Part shown: in pieces, positions 42,901-57,254 of the stretch
Numbering within the stretch: position 1 is the stretch's first letter
Layout of the letters: each line of letters starts with the position of its first letter
Assembly: GCF_009914755.1 (NCBI RefSeq)
Contig: NC_060940.1
DNA: 64,000 bases
Reading direction: 5' to 3' (one strand)
Origin: the human T2T-CHM13v2.0 reference genome, Homo sapiens
Notes under the pieces: model-generated
Told to the model about the DNA's origin: nothing
Database searches by the model: none
What the model saw: only the letters and a program-made list of their open reading frames with translations
Position numbers and translations under genes: made by a program

Positions 42901-45900
42901 CCATTCAATTCCATTTGATGATGATTCCATTCCAGTCCATATGATCATTCCATTTGATTTCATTCGATGATGATTCCATTCGATTCCATTCGATGATTCC
43001 ATTCTATTCCATTCGATGATGATTCCATTCGAGTCCATTCGATGATTCCATTCGAGTCCATTTAATGATTCCATTGGGTTCAATTCAATGATGATTACAT
43101 TGGATTCCGTTCTATGATTCCATTCAATTCCGTTCATTGACAATTTGATTCCATTCGATGATGATTCCATTTGAGTTCATTCGATGATTCTATTCGATTC
43201 TCTTCGATGGTGATTCAATTCTATTATATTGGATGATTCCATTCGATTCCATTTGATGTTGATTCAATTCGATTCTATTCGATGATGATTCCATTGGATT
43301 TCACTTGATGATTCTATTCGATTCCATTCAATGATGATTCACTTCTCGTCCATTGGATGATTCCATTTCATTCCATTCAATGATGATTCCATTCGATTCC
43401 ATTCGATGACTCCATTTGATTCCATGCGTCGGTGAGCAATTCGATTCAATTCCATGATGATTCTATTTGATTCAATTAGATGATGTTTCCATTCGAATCC
43501 ATTCCATGATTATTCCATTGGAATCCATTCGGCTATGATTCCATATGAGTCAATTCAATGATGATTCCATATGTGTCCGTTCGATGATAATTCCATTTGA
43601 TTTCATTCGGTGCTTCTATTCAATTCCAGTCGATGATGATTCCGTTGGAGTCCATACGATGATTCCATTTGATTTCATTTGATGATGATTCCATTCGATG
43701 ATGATTACATTGGATTCCATTCTATGATTCCATTCAATTCCATTCGTTGATGATTCGATTCCATTCAATGATGATTCCATTTGAGTTCATTCGATGATTC
43801 TATTCGATTCCGTTCGATGGTGATTCAATTCTCTTATATTGGATGAATCCACTCGATTCCATTTGATGATTATTCCATTGGAGTCCACTTAGTGAATCCT
43901 TCAGATTCTACTCGAAGATGATTCCATTCAAGTCCATTCGATGATACCATTCAATTCCATTCGTTGATGCTTCCATTCAAGTGCATTCGATGATATCATT
44001 CGATTCCATTTGATGATAATTCCATTTGATTCCATGCGATGATTCTATTCGATTCCATTCAATGATAATTCCATTCAGTTCAGTGATTCCTCTGGACTCC
44101 ATTTGATGATGATTCCATTCAATGATTCCATTCGATTCTATTCGAAAATGATTCCATTTGAATCCATTTGATGATGATTCCATTAGATTCCATTTGATGA
44201 TTCCATTCGATTCCATGCGACGATGATTCCATTCGATTCCATGTGATGATTCCATTCTATTCTATTCGATGATGATTCCATTCGATTCCATTCGATGATG
44301 ATTGGATTCGATTCCATTTGATGTTTTCATTTGATTCCATTCGTTAATGATTTCGATCAATTCCATTCGATGATTCTATTCGATTCCATTCGATAATGAT
44401 TACATCCGTGTCCATTCAGTGATTCCATTTGAGCCTGTTCGATAATTCCATTTGAGTCCAACCAATGATTCCATTCATTTCCATTCAATGATTCCATTCG
44501 AGTCCATTTGATCATTCCGGTAGGGTCCATTCGATGTTGATTCCATTGGAGTGCATTCGATGATTCCATTCGAGTCCATTTTAGGATTTGATTCGAGTCC
44601 TTTCGATGATTCCATTCGATTCCACTCGATGATGATTTCATTCGAGTCCATTCGACACTTCCAATCGATTCCATTTGATGTTTCCATTCGAGTCCAATTG
44701 ATGATTCCATTCAATTCCATTCGATGATGACTCCGTACGATTCCATTCTGTGATGATTCCATGTGATTGCATTCAATGATGATTCCTTTAGATTGCATTC
44801 GATTGTGATTCATTTCGTCTTCATTCTATGGTTCCACAGGTTTCCATTCGTGTCCATTCCATTATTCCATTGTATTCCGTTTGATGATGATTCCATTCGA
44901 TTCCATTCATTGGTGATTCCACTCAATTCCATTCAATGATTCCATTCCATTTCTTTCAACAATGATTCCATTAGTTTCTAATCGATGATCCACTTGATTC
45001 CATTTGACGACGATTCCATTCTTGTCCATTCGATGATTCCATTTGATTCCATATGATGATGATTCCATTCGATTCCATACCATGATGATTCCATTCGAGT
45101 CCATTCAATGGTGATTCCATTCAATTCCATTCGATGATTCCTTTCGATTCCATTCGATGATGATGGCATTCGATTCCTTTCAATCATTCCCTTTGATTCC
45201 ATTCAAAGGTGATTTCATTCAAGTCCATTCGATAATTGCATTCGATTCCATTCTATGATGATTCCATTCGAGTCCATTTGATGATTCCATTCAATTCAAG
45301 TCAATGATGATTCCATTCGATTCCATTCGATGATTCCATTGGATTCCATTCGATGATGATTCCATTCAAATCCATTCGATAATTCAATTCAAGTCCATTC
45401 GATGATGAATAAAATCGAATCCATTCAAAGATTCCATTCAGTTCCATTCGATGATTCCCTTAGATTCCATTCGATGATTCCACTTGATTCCATTTACGAT
45501 GATTCCATTCGATTCCATGTGATGATTCCATTCAATTCTATTCAATGCTGTTTCCATTTGATTCCATTCGACCATGATTGCCTTTGATTCCATTCAATGA
45601 CTCCATTCGGTTCCTTTTGATGATGATTCCGTTCGATTCCATTTCATTATTCCATTTGATTCCATTGGATGAGTCCATTCGATTACATTCGATGATTATT
45701 CCATTCGAGTGCATTAGATGATTCCATTCGAGTCCATTCGATGATTCCATTCGATTCCATTCGATGTTGATTCTGTTCAAATCCATTCGATGATTCCACT
45801 CGATTCCATTCGATGACTCCAGTTGATCCCATTCGATGATTTCCTTTGATTCCCTTTGATGATCATTCCATTTGATTCAATTCGGTGATTTCATTTGATT

Positions 45901-45904
45901 CCAT
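39996..45904 (+). repeat. Higher-order unit U8, 5,909 bp, sister of U1
   Basis: Same three deletions and private variants as U1, at a constant offset of 39,889. Confidence 0.9.
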
Positions 45905-48900
45905 TCAGTGATGTTTCCATTCGACTCCATTCGATGATGATTCCATTCGACTCCATTCGATTATGATTTCATTCAATTCCATTCGATAATGATTCCCTTC
46001 GAGTCCATTCGATGATTCCATTCGATTCCATTCAACGATGATTTGATTCGTGTCCATTCGATGATTCCATTTGATTCCACTTGATGATGATTCCATTCGA
46101 GTCCATTTGATGATTCCATTCAATTCCATTCTCCGATGATTTCTTTTGAGCCCATTCAATGCTTCCACTCGATTCCATATGATGATGACTCCATTCGATG
46201 AAATTCGATGATGATTCCATTCGCTTGCATTCGATGATGATTCCACTTGAGTCCATTAGAAGATTCTATTCAATTACATTCCAGGACGATTCCGTTCGAG
46301 TCCATTTGATGATTCCATTAGACTCCATTCGACGATGATTCCATTCGATGTTATTCGATGATTCCATTCGATCTCATTCGATGATGATTCCATTCAACTC
46401 CATTCGATGTTTCCATTCGAGTTCATTCTATTATTCCATTAGATTCCATTCGATGATGATTCCATTCGATTCCATTTGATGATTGCATTCTATTTCATTT
46501 GATGATGATTCCATTCGAGTCCACTCGATGATTCCATTCGAGTCCATTTAATGAATCCATTGGTTTCAATTCTATGATGATTACATTGGATTCCATTCGT
46601 TGATGATTTCATTCGGTTCCATTCAATGATGATTCCATTCAATTCCTTTCAATGTTTCCATTCAATTCCATACGATGATGATTCCATTTGATTTGATTCG
46701 ACAGTGAGCCATTCGATTCAATTCCATGATGATTCTATTTGATTCAATTGGTTGACATTTCCATTCGATTCCATTCGATGATGATTCCCTTTGATTCCGT
46801 TCAAAGATGATTCCATTCTAGCCCATTCAATCATTCCATTCGATTCTATTCAATGATGATTCCATTCATGTCGATTTGGTGATTCCATTTGACTTCATTT
46901 GATGATGATTCCTTTCAAGTTCATTAGATGATTCCATTCGATTCCATTTGATGATGATCCCATTCGAGTCCATTCAGTGATTCCACTCGTTTCCATTCCA
47001 TGATGATTCCATTCCATTCCATTCAATGATTCCATTCGATTCCGTTTGATGATGATTTCATTCGAGTCCATTTGATGATTCCATTTGATTCCATTCGATG
47101 ATGATTCCATTCGAGTCCATTCGATGATTCTATTCGAATCCATTTGATGATTTCTTTTGATTATAGTTGGTGATGATTCCATTGGAGTCCATTCAATGAT
47201 TCCATTCGATTCCAATCGATGGTGATTCCATTAGAGTCCATTTAATGATTCCATTTGATTCCAGTCTCTGATGATTACATTCGAGTCCATACGATGATTC
47301 CACTCAATTCCATATGATGATGATTCCATTCGATTCCATTCGATGATTCCATTCTATTCTATTCAATGGTGATTCCATTCGAGTACATTAGATGATTCCA
47401 TTCGATTCCATTCAATGATGATTCTATTTGTGTCCCTTAGATGATTCCACATGATTCCATTAGATGATGATACTATTTGAGCCCATCCAATGATTCCCTT
47501 CGATTCCATTCGATGAGGATTCCATTCGATTCAATTCATTGGTGATTCTATTCAATTCAATTCTTTGATTCCATTCCATTCCATTCGACAATGATTCCAT
47601 TCGATTTCTTTCGATGATTCCACTCGATTCCACTTGACATTGATTCCATTCGATTCCATTCAATGATTCCATTTGATTCCAGTGGATGATGATTGCCATC
47701 GATTCCATTCGATCACTCCATTCTATTCCATTTGATGATGATTACATTCGATTCCATTTGACAATTCCATCTGATTCTATTCGAGGATTCCATTTGATTC
47801 CATTCGATGATGATTCCATTCGAGTCCATTCGATGATTTCATTCGAGTACATCCAATGATTCCATTCGAGTCCATTTGATGATTCCATTTGATTCCATTT
47901 GATAATGATTCTACTAGAGTCCATTCAATGACTCCATTGGAGTCCATTCAACAATTCCATTCGACTCCATTTGATGATTCCATTCGATTCCATTTGATGA
48001 TTCCATTCGAGTCCATTTAATCATTACAGACGAGTCCATTTGGTGATTCCACCGGATTTCTTTTGATAATGATACCATACAATTACATTTGATGATGATC
48101 CCATTCAATTTCATTTGATGATGATTCCATTAGAGTCCATTCGATGATTTCATTCGAGTCCCTTCACTGATTCCATCCGATTTCATTGGATGATGACTCC
48201 ATTCGAGTCCATTCGATGATTCCACTCGATTCCATTAGATGATTCCATTGGAGTCCATTTGATTGTTCCATTCGATTCCATTCGATTCCTTTCGAAGATT
48301 ATTCCATTTGAGTCCATTCGATGATGATTCCATTCCATTCAATTCGATGATTCCGTTTGATTCCATTCAATGATTCCCTTCGATTCCTTTCTTTGATGAT
48401 TCCATTCCATTCCATTCAATGATTCCATTCGAATCTATTCCATGATGATTCCTTTCGATTCCATTCGCTGATGTTTCCGATCAATTCCATTCGATGATGA
48501 TTCCATTCGATTCCATTCATTGAGGATTCCATTTGATTCCATTCAATGATGATTCCGTTCTATTCCATTCAATGATTGCATTCAATTCCATTCAATGATT
48601 ATCCCCTTAGAGTAAACTCAACGATTCCATTCAATACCATTCGATGATGATTCCTTTTGAGTCCATTCAATGATTTCATTCAAGTCCATTTGATGATTCC
48701 TTTCAATTCCATTCTATGATGATTCCATTCGAGTCCATTCGATGATTCCATTCGATTGCATTCGATGATTCCATTATATTCCATTCAACGATGATTCCAT
48801 TCGAGTCCATTCGATGATTCCATTAGAGTACATTTAATGATTGCTTTGTTTTCAATTCGAAGATGATTACATTGGATTCCATTCTATGATACCATTCGAT

Positions 48901-51900
48901 TCCATTCAATGATGATTCCACTCAAATCCATTGGATGATTCCATTCGTGTCCCTTCGGTGATTTCATTAGATTCCATTCGAGGATGATTCCATTCGATTC
49001 CATTCGATGATTCCATTCAATTCCATTCGATGATGATTCCATTCCAGTCCATATGATCATTCCATTTGATTTCATTCGATGATGATTCCATTCGATTCCA
49101 TTCGATGATTCCATTCTATTCCATTCGATGATGATTCCATTCGAGTCCATTCGATGATTCCATTCGAGTCCATTTCATGATTCCATTGGGTTCAATTCGA
49201 TGATGATTACACTGGATTCCATTCTATGATTCCATTCAATTCCATTCGTTGATGATTCGATTCCATTCAATGATGATTCCATTTGAGTTCATTCGATGAT
49301 TCTATTCGATTCCGTTCGATGGTGATTCAATTCTATTATATTGGATGATTCCATTCGATTCCATTTGATGTTGATTCCATTCGATTCCATTCGATGATGA
49401 TTCCATTTGATTCCATTTGATGTTGATTCTATTCGATTCTATTCAATGATGATTCCATTCGATTTCATTTGATGATTCTATTCGATTCCTTTCGATGATT
49501 CTATTCCATTCCATTCGATGATGATTCAATTCTCTTCCATTGGATGATTCCATTTTATTCCATTCGACGATGACTCCATTTGATTCCATTCAATGATGAT
49601 TCCATTCGATTCCATTCGGTGATTCCATTTGATTCCATTCGACGGTGAGCAATTTGATTCAATTCCATAATGATTCTATTTGATTCAATTAGATGATGTT
49701 TCCATTCGAATCCATTCGGTGATGATTCCATTGGTATCCATTCGACGATGATTCCATATGAGTCAATTCGATGATGATTCCATACGAGTCCGTTGGATGA
49801 TAATTCCATTTGATTTCATTCAATCCTTCTATTCGATTCCATTTGATGATGATTCCATCTGAATCCATTCTCCGATTCCATTCGATTTCATTCGATGCTT
49901 CTATTTGATTTCATTCGAAGATGATTCCTTTCAATTCCGTTCATTAATTCCATTTGATTCCATTCGATGATGATTCCATCCGATTCCATTGGATGATGAT
50001 TCCATTCGAGTCCATTCGATGATTCCGTTCTAATCCATTCTATGATTCCATTCGAGTCCATTCGATGATTCCATTCGATTCCATTCAGTGATGATTCCAT
50101 TTGATTCCATCTGATGATGATTTCATTTGATTCCATTCGATGATGATTCCATTGGAGTCCATTGAATGATTCAATTCAATTCCATTCCATGTGGATTCCA
50201 TTCGAATTCATTCGATTATTCCATTCAAATCCCTTCGTTGATTCCATCTGATTCCACTTGACGATGATTCCATTCAAGTCCAATCGATGATTCCATTCGG
50301 TTCCATTCAATGATTCCATTCGAGTCCATTTATGTATTATATTCGTGTCCACTTGATGACTCACTCCATTCAATTCCATTTAATGATGATTCCATTTGAT
50401 TCCATTTGATGATTCAGTTCGATTCCTTACAATGATTCCCTACGATTCCTTTCTATGATGATTCCATTCGATTCCATTCATTGATGATTCCATTCGACTC
50501 CATTCGATGATGATTCCTTTCGATTCCATTTGACGATGTTTCCATTTGAGTCCATTCGATGATGATTCAATTCAGTTCTGTTCTATTATGAATCCATTCG
50601 ATTTCATTCAATGCTTCTATTTGATTCCATTCGACGATGATTCCATCTCTTTCCCTTCGATGTTTCCATTTGATTCCATTCAGTGATGATTCCATTTGAT
50701 TCCATCTGATGATGATTTCACTTGATTCATTTCAATGATGATTCCATTCAAGTCCATTCGATGATTCCATTGGAGTCCAAACGATCATTCCATTCGATTC
50801 CATTCAATGATGATTCCATTCATGTCCATTCAATGAATCCTTTCAATTCCATTCGATGATGACTCCATTCGAGTACATTCGATGATTCCATTTGATTCCA
50901 TTTGATGATGATTACATTCAATTCCATTCGAAGATGATTCCATTCAATTCCACTTGATGATGATTCCGTATGAATCCATTCGCTGATTATTCCATTCGAT
51001 TCCATTCATTGACGATTCCATTCGATTCCATTCAATGATGATTCTCTTCTATTCCATTCGATGATTCCGGTCGATTCCATTCGATGATGATTCCATTAGC
51101 TTCCATTCGATTGTTGCATTCGATTCCCTTCGATGATGATTCCTTTGAATTCCATTCTATTATGATTCCGTATGAATCCATTTGATGATTATTCCATTGG
51201 ATTCCTTTCGATGATGATTCCATTCGATTCCATTTGATGATGTTTCTCATGTATTCCATTTGATAATTCCTTTCAATTCCCTTCGATGATGATTCTTTCG
51301 AGTCAATTCGATGATTCTATTCCATTCCCTTCGATGATGATTCCATTTCACTCCATTCGATGATTCCATTCGATTCAATTTGGTGATGATTCAATTCGAT
51401 GACATTCGATGACTCCATTCAATTTCATTTGATGATGATTACATTCGAGTCCATTTGATGATTGTATTCCTTTCCTTTTGATGATTATTCCATTCGTGTC
51501 TATTCAAAGATTCCATTCTATTCCATTCAATGATGATTCCAATTGATTCCATTCAATGATTATGGCTATCGATTCCACTCGTTGATTCCATTTGATTCCA
51601 TTCGATGATTATTCCGTTAGATTCCATTAGGAGATTCCATTCGATTTTATTCAATGATTCCAATTGATTCCATTCAATGATGATTCCATTCGACTCCATT
51701 CAGTGATTCCATTTGAGTCCATTTGATGATTCCATTCGAGTCCATTTGATGATTCCATTCTTTTCCATTTGATGATGATTCCATTAGGGTCCATTCAATG
51801 ATTCCATTCGAGTCCATTCGTTAATGCCTTTCGAGTCCTTTTGATCACTACATTCGAGTCCATTCAATGATTCTATTCGATTCCATTCCATGATGATTCC

Positions 51901-54270
51901 ATTCGAGTTCATTCGATGATTGCATTCGAGTCCATTTGATGATTCCATATGATTCCATTCGACAATGATTCCATTCGTGTCCATTTGATGATTCCATTCA
52001 TTTCCTATCGATGAAGATTCCATTCGAGTGTATTCGATGATTCCATTCAAATCCATTCGATGATGATTCCATTCCAGTCCATTCGATCATTCCACTTGAT
52101 TCCATTTGATGACTATTCCATTCAAATCCATTTGATGATTCCATTCGATTCCATTCGATGTTACCATTCCAGTATATACGATGATTCCACTCGATTCCAT
52201 TTGATGATTATTCCATTGGAGTCGACTTAGTGAATCCTTTAGATTCTACTCGAAGATGATTCCATTCGAGTCCATTCGATGATACCATTCAATTCCATTC
52301 GTTGATGCTTCCATTCAAGTGCATTCGATGATATCATTCGATTCCATTTGATGATAATTCCATTTGATTCCATGTGATGATTCTATTCCATTCCATTCAA
52401 TGATAATTCCATTCAATTCAGTGATTCCTCTGGACTCCATTTGATGATGATTCCATTCAATGATTCCATTCGATTCTATTCGAAAATGATTCCATTTGAA
52501 TCCATTTGATGATGATTCCATTCGATTCCATTTGATGATTCCATTCGATTCCATTCGACGATGATTCCATTCGATTCCATTTGATGATTCCATTCTATTC
52601 TATTCGATGATGATTCCATTCGATTCCATTCGATGATGATTGGATTCGATTCCATTTGATGATTTCATTTGATTCCATTCGATGATGATTTCGATCAACT
52701 CCATTCGATGATTCCATTCGATTCCATTTGATAATGATTACATCCGAGTCCATTCGATGATTCCATTTGAGCCCGTTCGATAATTCCATTTGAGTCCAAT
52801 CAATGATTCCATTCATTTCCATTCAATGATTCCATTCGAGTCCATTTGATCATTCCGGTAGGGTCCGTTCGATGTTGATTCCATTGGAGTGCATTCGATG
52901 ATTCCATTCGAGTCCATTTTAGGATTTGATTCGAGTCCTTTCGATGATTCCATTCGATTCCACTCGATGCGATGATGATTTCATTCGAGTCCATTCGACA
53001 CTTCCAATCGATTCCATTTGATGTTTCCATTCGAGTCCAATTGATGATTCCATTCAATTCCATTCGATGATGATTCCGTACGATTCCATTCTGTGATGAT
53101 TCCATGTGATTGCATTCAATGATGATTCCTTTCGATTGCATTCGATTATGATTCATTTCGTGTTCATTCTATGGTTCCACAGGTTTCACATCGTGTCCAT
53201 TCCATTATTCCATTCTATTCCATTTGATGATGATTCCATTCGATTCCATTCATTGGTGATTCCACTCAATTCCATTCAATGATTCCATTCCATTTCTTTC
53301 AACAATGATTCCATTAGTTTCTAATCGATGATCCACTTGATTCCATTTGACGGTGATTCCATTCTTGTCCATTCGATGATTCCATTTGATTCCATATGAT
53401 GATGATTCCATTCGATTCCATACGATGATGATTCCATTCGAGTCCATTCAATGGTGATTCCATTCAATTCCATTCGGTGATTCCTTTCGATTCCATTTGA
53501 TGATGATGGCATTCGATTCCTTTCAATCATTCCCTTTGATTCCACTCAAAGGTGATTTCATTCAAGTCCATTCGATAATTGCATTCGATTCCATTCTATG
53601 ATGATTCCATTCGAGTCCATTTGATGATTCCATTCAATTCAAGTCAATGATGATTCCATTCGATTCCATTCGATGATTCCATTGGATTCCATTCGATGAT
53701 GATTCCATTCAAATCCATTCGATAATTCAATTCACGTCCATTCGATGATGATTCCAATCGAATCCATTCAAAGATTCCATTCAATTCCATTCGATGATTC
53801 CCTTAGATTCCATTCGATGATTCCACTTGATTCCATTTACGATGATTCCATTCGATTCCATGTGATGATTCCATTCAATTCTATTCAATGATGCTTCCAT
53901 TTGATTCCATTCGACCATGATTGCCTTTGATTCCATTCAATGATTCCATTCGGTTCCGTTTGATGATGATTCCGTTCGATTCCATTTGATGATTCCATTT
54001 GATTCCATTGGATGAGTCCATTCGATTACATTCGATGATTATTCCATTCGAGTGCATTAGATGATTCCATTCGAGTCCATTCGATGATTCCATTCGAGTC
54101 CATTCGATGATTCCATTCGATTCCATTCGATGTTGATTCTGTTCAAATCCATTCGATGATTCCACTCGATTCCATTCGATGACTCCATTTGATCCCATTC
54201 TATGATTTCCTTTGATTCCCTTTGATGATCATTCCATTTGATTCAATTCGGTGATTTCATTTGATTCCAT
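45905..54270 (+). repeat. Long variant unit U9, 8,366 bp (canonical first half - segment Y - segment X - canonical last third)
   Basis: Follows U2 at offset 39,889 to ~49170, then runs through Y (~49175-50320) and X (~50320-52180), and rejoins the canonical path. 6112-610+2836+28=8366. Confidence 0.87.
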
Positions 54271-57254
54271 TCAGTGATGTTTCCATGCGACTCCATTCGA
54301 TGATGATTCCATTCGACTACATTCGATTATGATTTCATTCAATTCCATTCGATAAAGATTCCCTTCGAGTCCAATCGATGATTCCATTCGATTCCATTCA
54401 ACGATGATTTGATTCGTGTCCATTCGATGATTCCATTTGATTCCAATTGATGAGGATTCCATTCGGGTCCATTTGATGATTCCATTCAATTCCATTCTCC
54501 GATGATTTCTTTTGAGCCCATTCAATGCTTCCACTCGATTACATATGATGATGACTCCATTCGATGAAACTCGATGATGATTCCATTCGCTTGCATTCGA
54601 TGATGATTCCACTTGAGTCCGTTAGAAGATTCTATTCAATTACATTCCATGACGATTCCGTTCGAGTCCATTTGATGATTCCATTACACTCCATTCGACA
54701 ATGATTCCATTCGATGTTATTCGATGATTCCATTCGATCTCATTCGATGATGATTCCATTCAACTCCATTCGATGTTTCCATTCGAGTTCATTCTATTAT
54801 TCCATTAGATTCCATTCGATGATGATTCCATTCGATTCCATTTGATGATTGCATTCTATTTCATTTGATGATGATTCCATTCGAGTCCATTCGATGATTC
54901 CATTCGAGTCCATTTAATGAATCCATTGGTTTCAATTCTATGATGATTATATTGGATTCCATTCGTTGATGATTTCATTCGATTCCATTCAATGATGATT
55001 CCATTCAATTCCATTCAATGATTCCATTCAATTCCATACGATGATGATTCCATTTGATTTGATTCGACAGTGAGCCATTCGATTCAATTCCATGATGATT
55101 CTATTTGATTCACTTGGTTGACATTTCCATTCGGTTCCATTCGATGATGATTCCATTTGATTCCATTCAAAGATGATTCCATTCTAGCCCATTCAATCAT
55201 TCCATTCGATTCTATTCAATGATGATTCCATTCATGTCGATTTGGTGATTCCATTTGACTTCATTTGATGATGATTCCTTTCAAGTTCATTAGATGATTC
55301 CATTCGATTCCATTTGATGATGATCCCATTCGAGTCCATTCAGTGATTCCACTCGTTTCCATTCCATGATGATTCCATTCCATTCCATTCAATGATTCCA
55401 TTCGATTCCGTTTGATGATGATTTCATTCGAGTCCATTTGATGATTCCGTTTGATTCCATTCGATGATGATTCCATTCGAGTCCATTCGATGATTCTATT
55501 CGAATCCATTTGATGATTTCTTTTGATTATATTTGGTGATGATTCCATTGGAGTCCATTCAATGATTCCATTCGATTCCAATCGATGGTGGTTCCATTAG
55601 AGTCCATTTAATGATTCCATTTGATTCCAGTCTCTGATGTTTACATTCGAGTCCATACGATGATTCCACTCAATTCCATATGATGATGATTCCATTCGAT
55701 TCCATTCGATGATTCCATTCTATTCTATTCAATGGTGATTCCATTCGAGTACATTAGATGATTCCATTCGATTCCATTCAATGATGATTCTACTTGTGTC
55801 CCTTAGATGATTCCACATGATTCCATTAGATGATGATACTATTTGAGCCCATCCAATGATTCCCTTCGATTCCATTCGATGAGGATTCCATTCGATTCAA
55901 TTCATTGGTGATTCTATTCAATTCAATTCTTTGATTCAATTCCATTCCATTCGACAATGATTCCATTCGATTTCTTTCGATGATTCCACTCAATTTCACT
56001 TGACATTGATTCCATTCGATTCCATTCAATGATTCCATTTGATTCCAGTGGATGATGATTGCCGTCGATTCCATTCGATCACTCCATTCTGTTCCATTTG
56101 ATGATGATTACATTCGATTCCATTTGATGATTCCATCTGATTCTATTCGAGGATTCCATTTGATTCCATTCGATGATGATTCCATTCGAGTCCATTCGAT
56201 GGTTTCATTCGAGTACATCCAATGATTCCATTCGAGTCCATTTGATGATTCCATTTCATTCCATTTGATTATGATTCTACTAGAGTCCATTCAATGACTC
56301 CATTCGAGTCCATTCAACAGTTCCATCCGAGTCCATTCGATGATTCCATTCGATTCCATTTGATGATTCCATTCGAGTCCATTTAATCATTACAGTCGAG
56401 TCCATTTGGTGATTCCACTGGATTTCTTTTGATAATGATACCATTCAATTACATTTGATGATGATCCCATTCAATTTCATTTGATGATGATTCCATTAGA
56501 GTCCATTCCATGATTTCATTCGAGTCCCTTCATTGATTCCATCCGATTTCATTTCATGATGACTCCATTCGAGTCCATTCGATGATTCCACTCGATTCCT
56601 TTAGATGATTCCATTGGAGTCCATTTGATTGTTCCATTCGATTCCATTCGATTCCTTTCGAAGATTATTCCATTTGAGTCCATTCGATGATGATTCCATT
56701 CCATTCCATTCGATGATTCCATTTGATTCCATTCGATGATTCCCTGCGATTCCTTTCTATGATGATTCCATTCCATTCCATTCAATGATTCCATTCGAAT
56801 CTATTCCATGATGATTCCTTTCGATTCCATTCGCTGATGTTTCCGTTCAATTCCATTCGATGATGATTCCATTCGATTCCATTCATTGAGGATTCCATTG
56901 GATTCCATTCAATGATGATTCCATTCTATTCCATTCAATGATTGCATTCAATTCCATTCAATGATTATGCCATTAGAATAAATTCAACGATTCCATTCAA
57001 TACCATTCGATGATGGTTCCTTTTGAGTCCATTCAATGATTTCATTCAAGTCCATTTGATGATTCCTTTCAATTCCATTCCATGATGATTCCATTCGAGT
57101 CCATTCGATGATTCCATTCGATTGCATTCGATGATTCCATTATATTCCATTCAACGATGATTCCATTCGAGTCCATTCGATGATTCCATTAGAGTACATT
57201 TAATGATTGCTTTGTTTTCAATTCGAAGATGATTACATTGGATTCCATTCTATG

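Noticed and set aside
5513-45587. Three plus-strand 61-aa ORFs (5513, 11625, 45402)
   Set aside because: They lie at the same position in repeat units, are barely above threshold, are not called in the other units, and are satellite translation.
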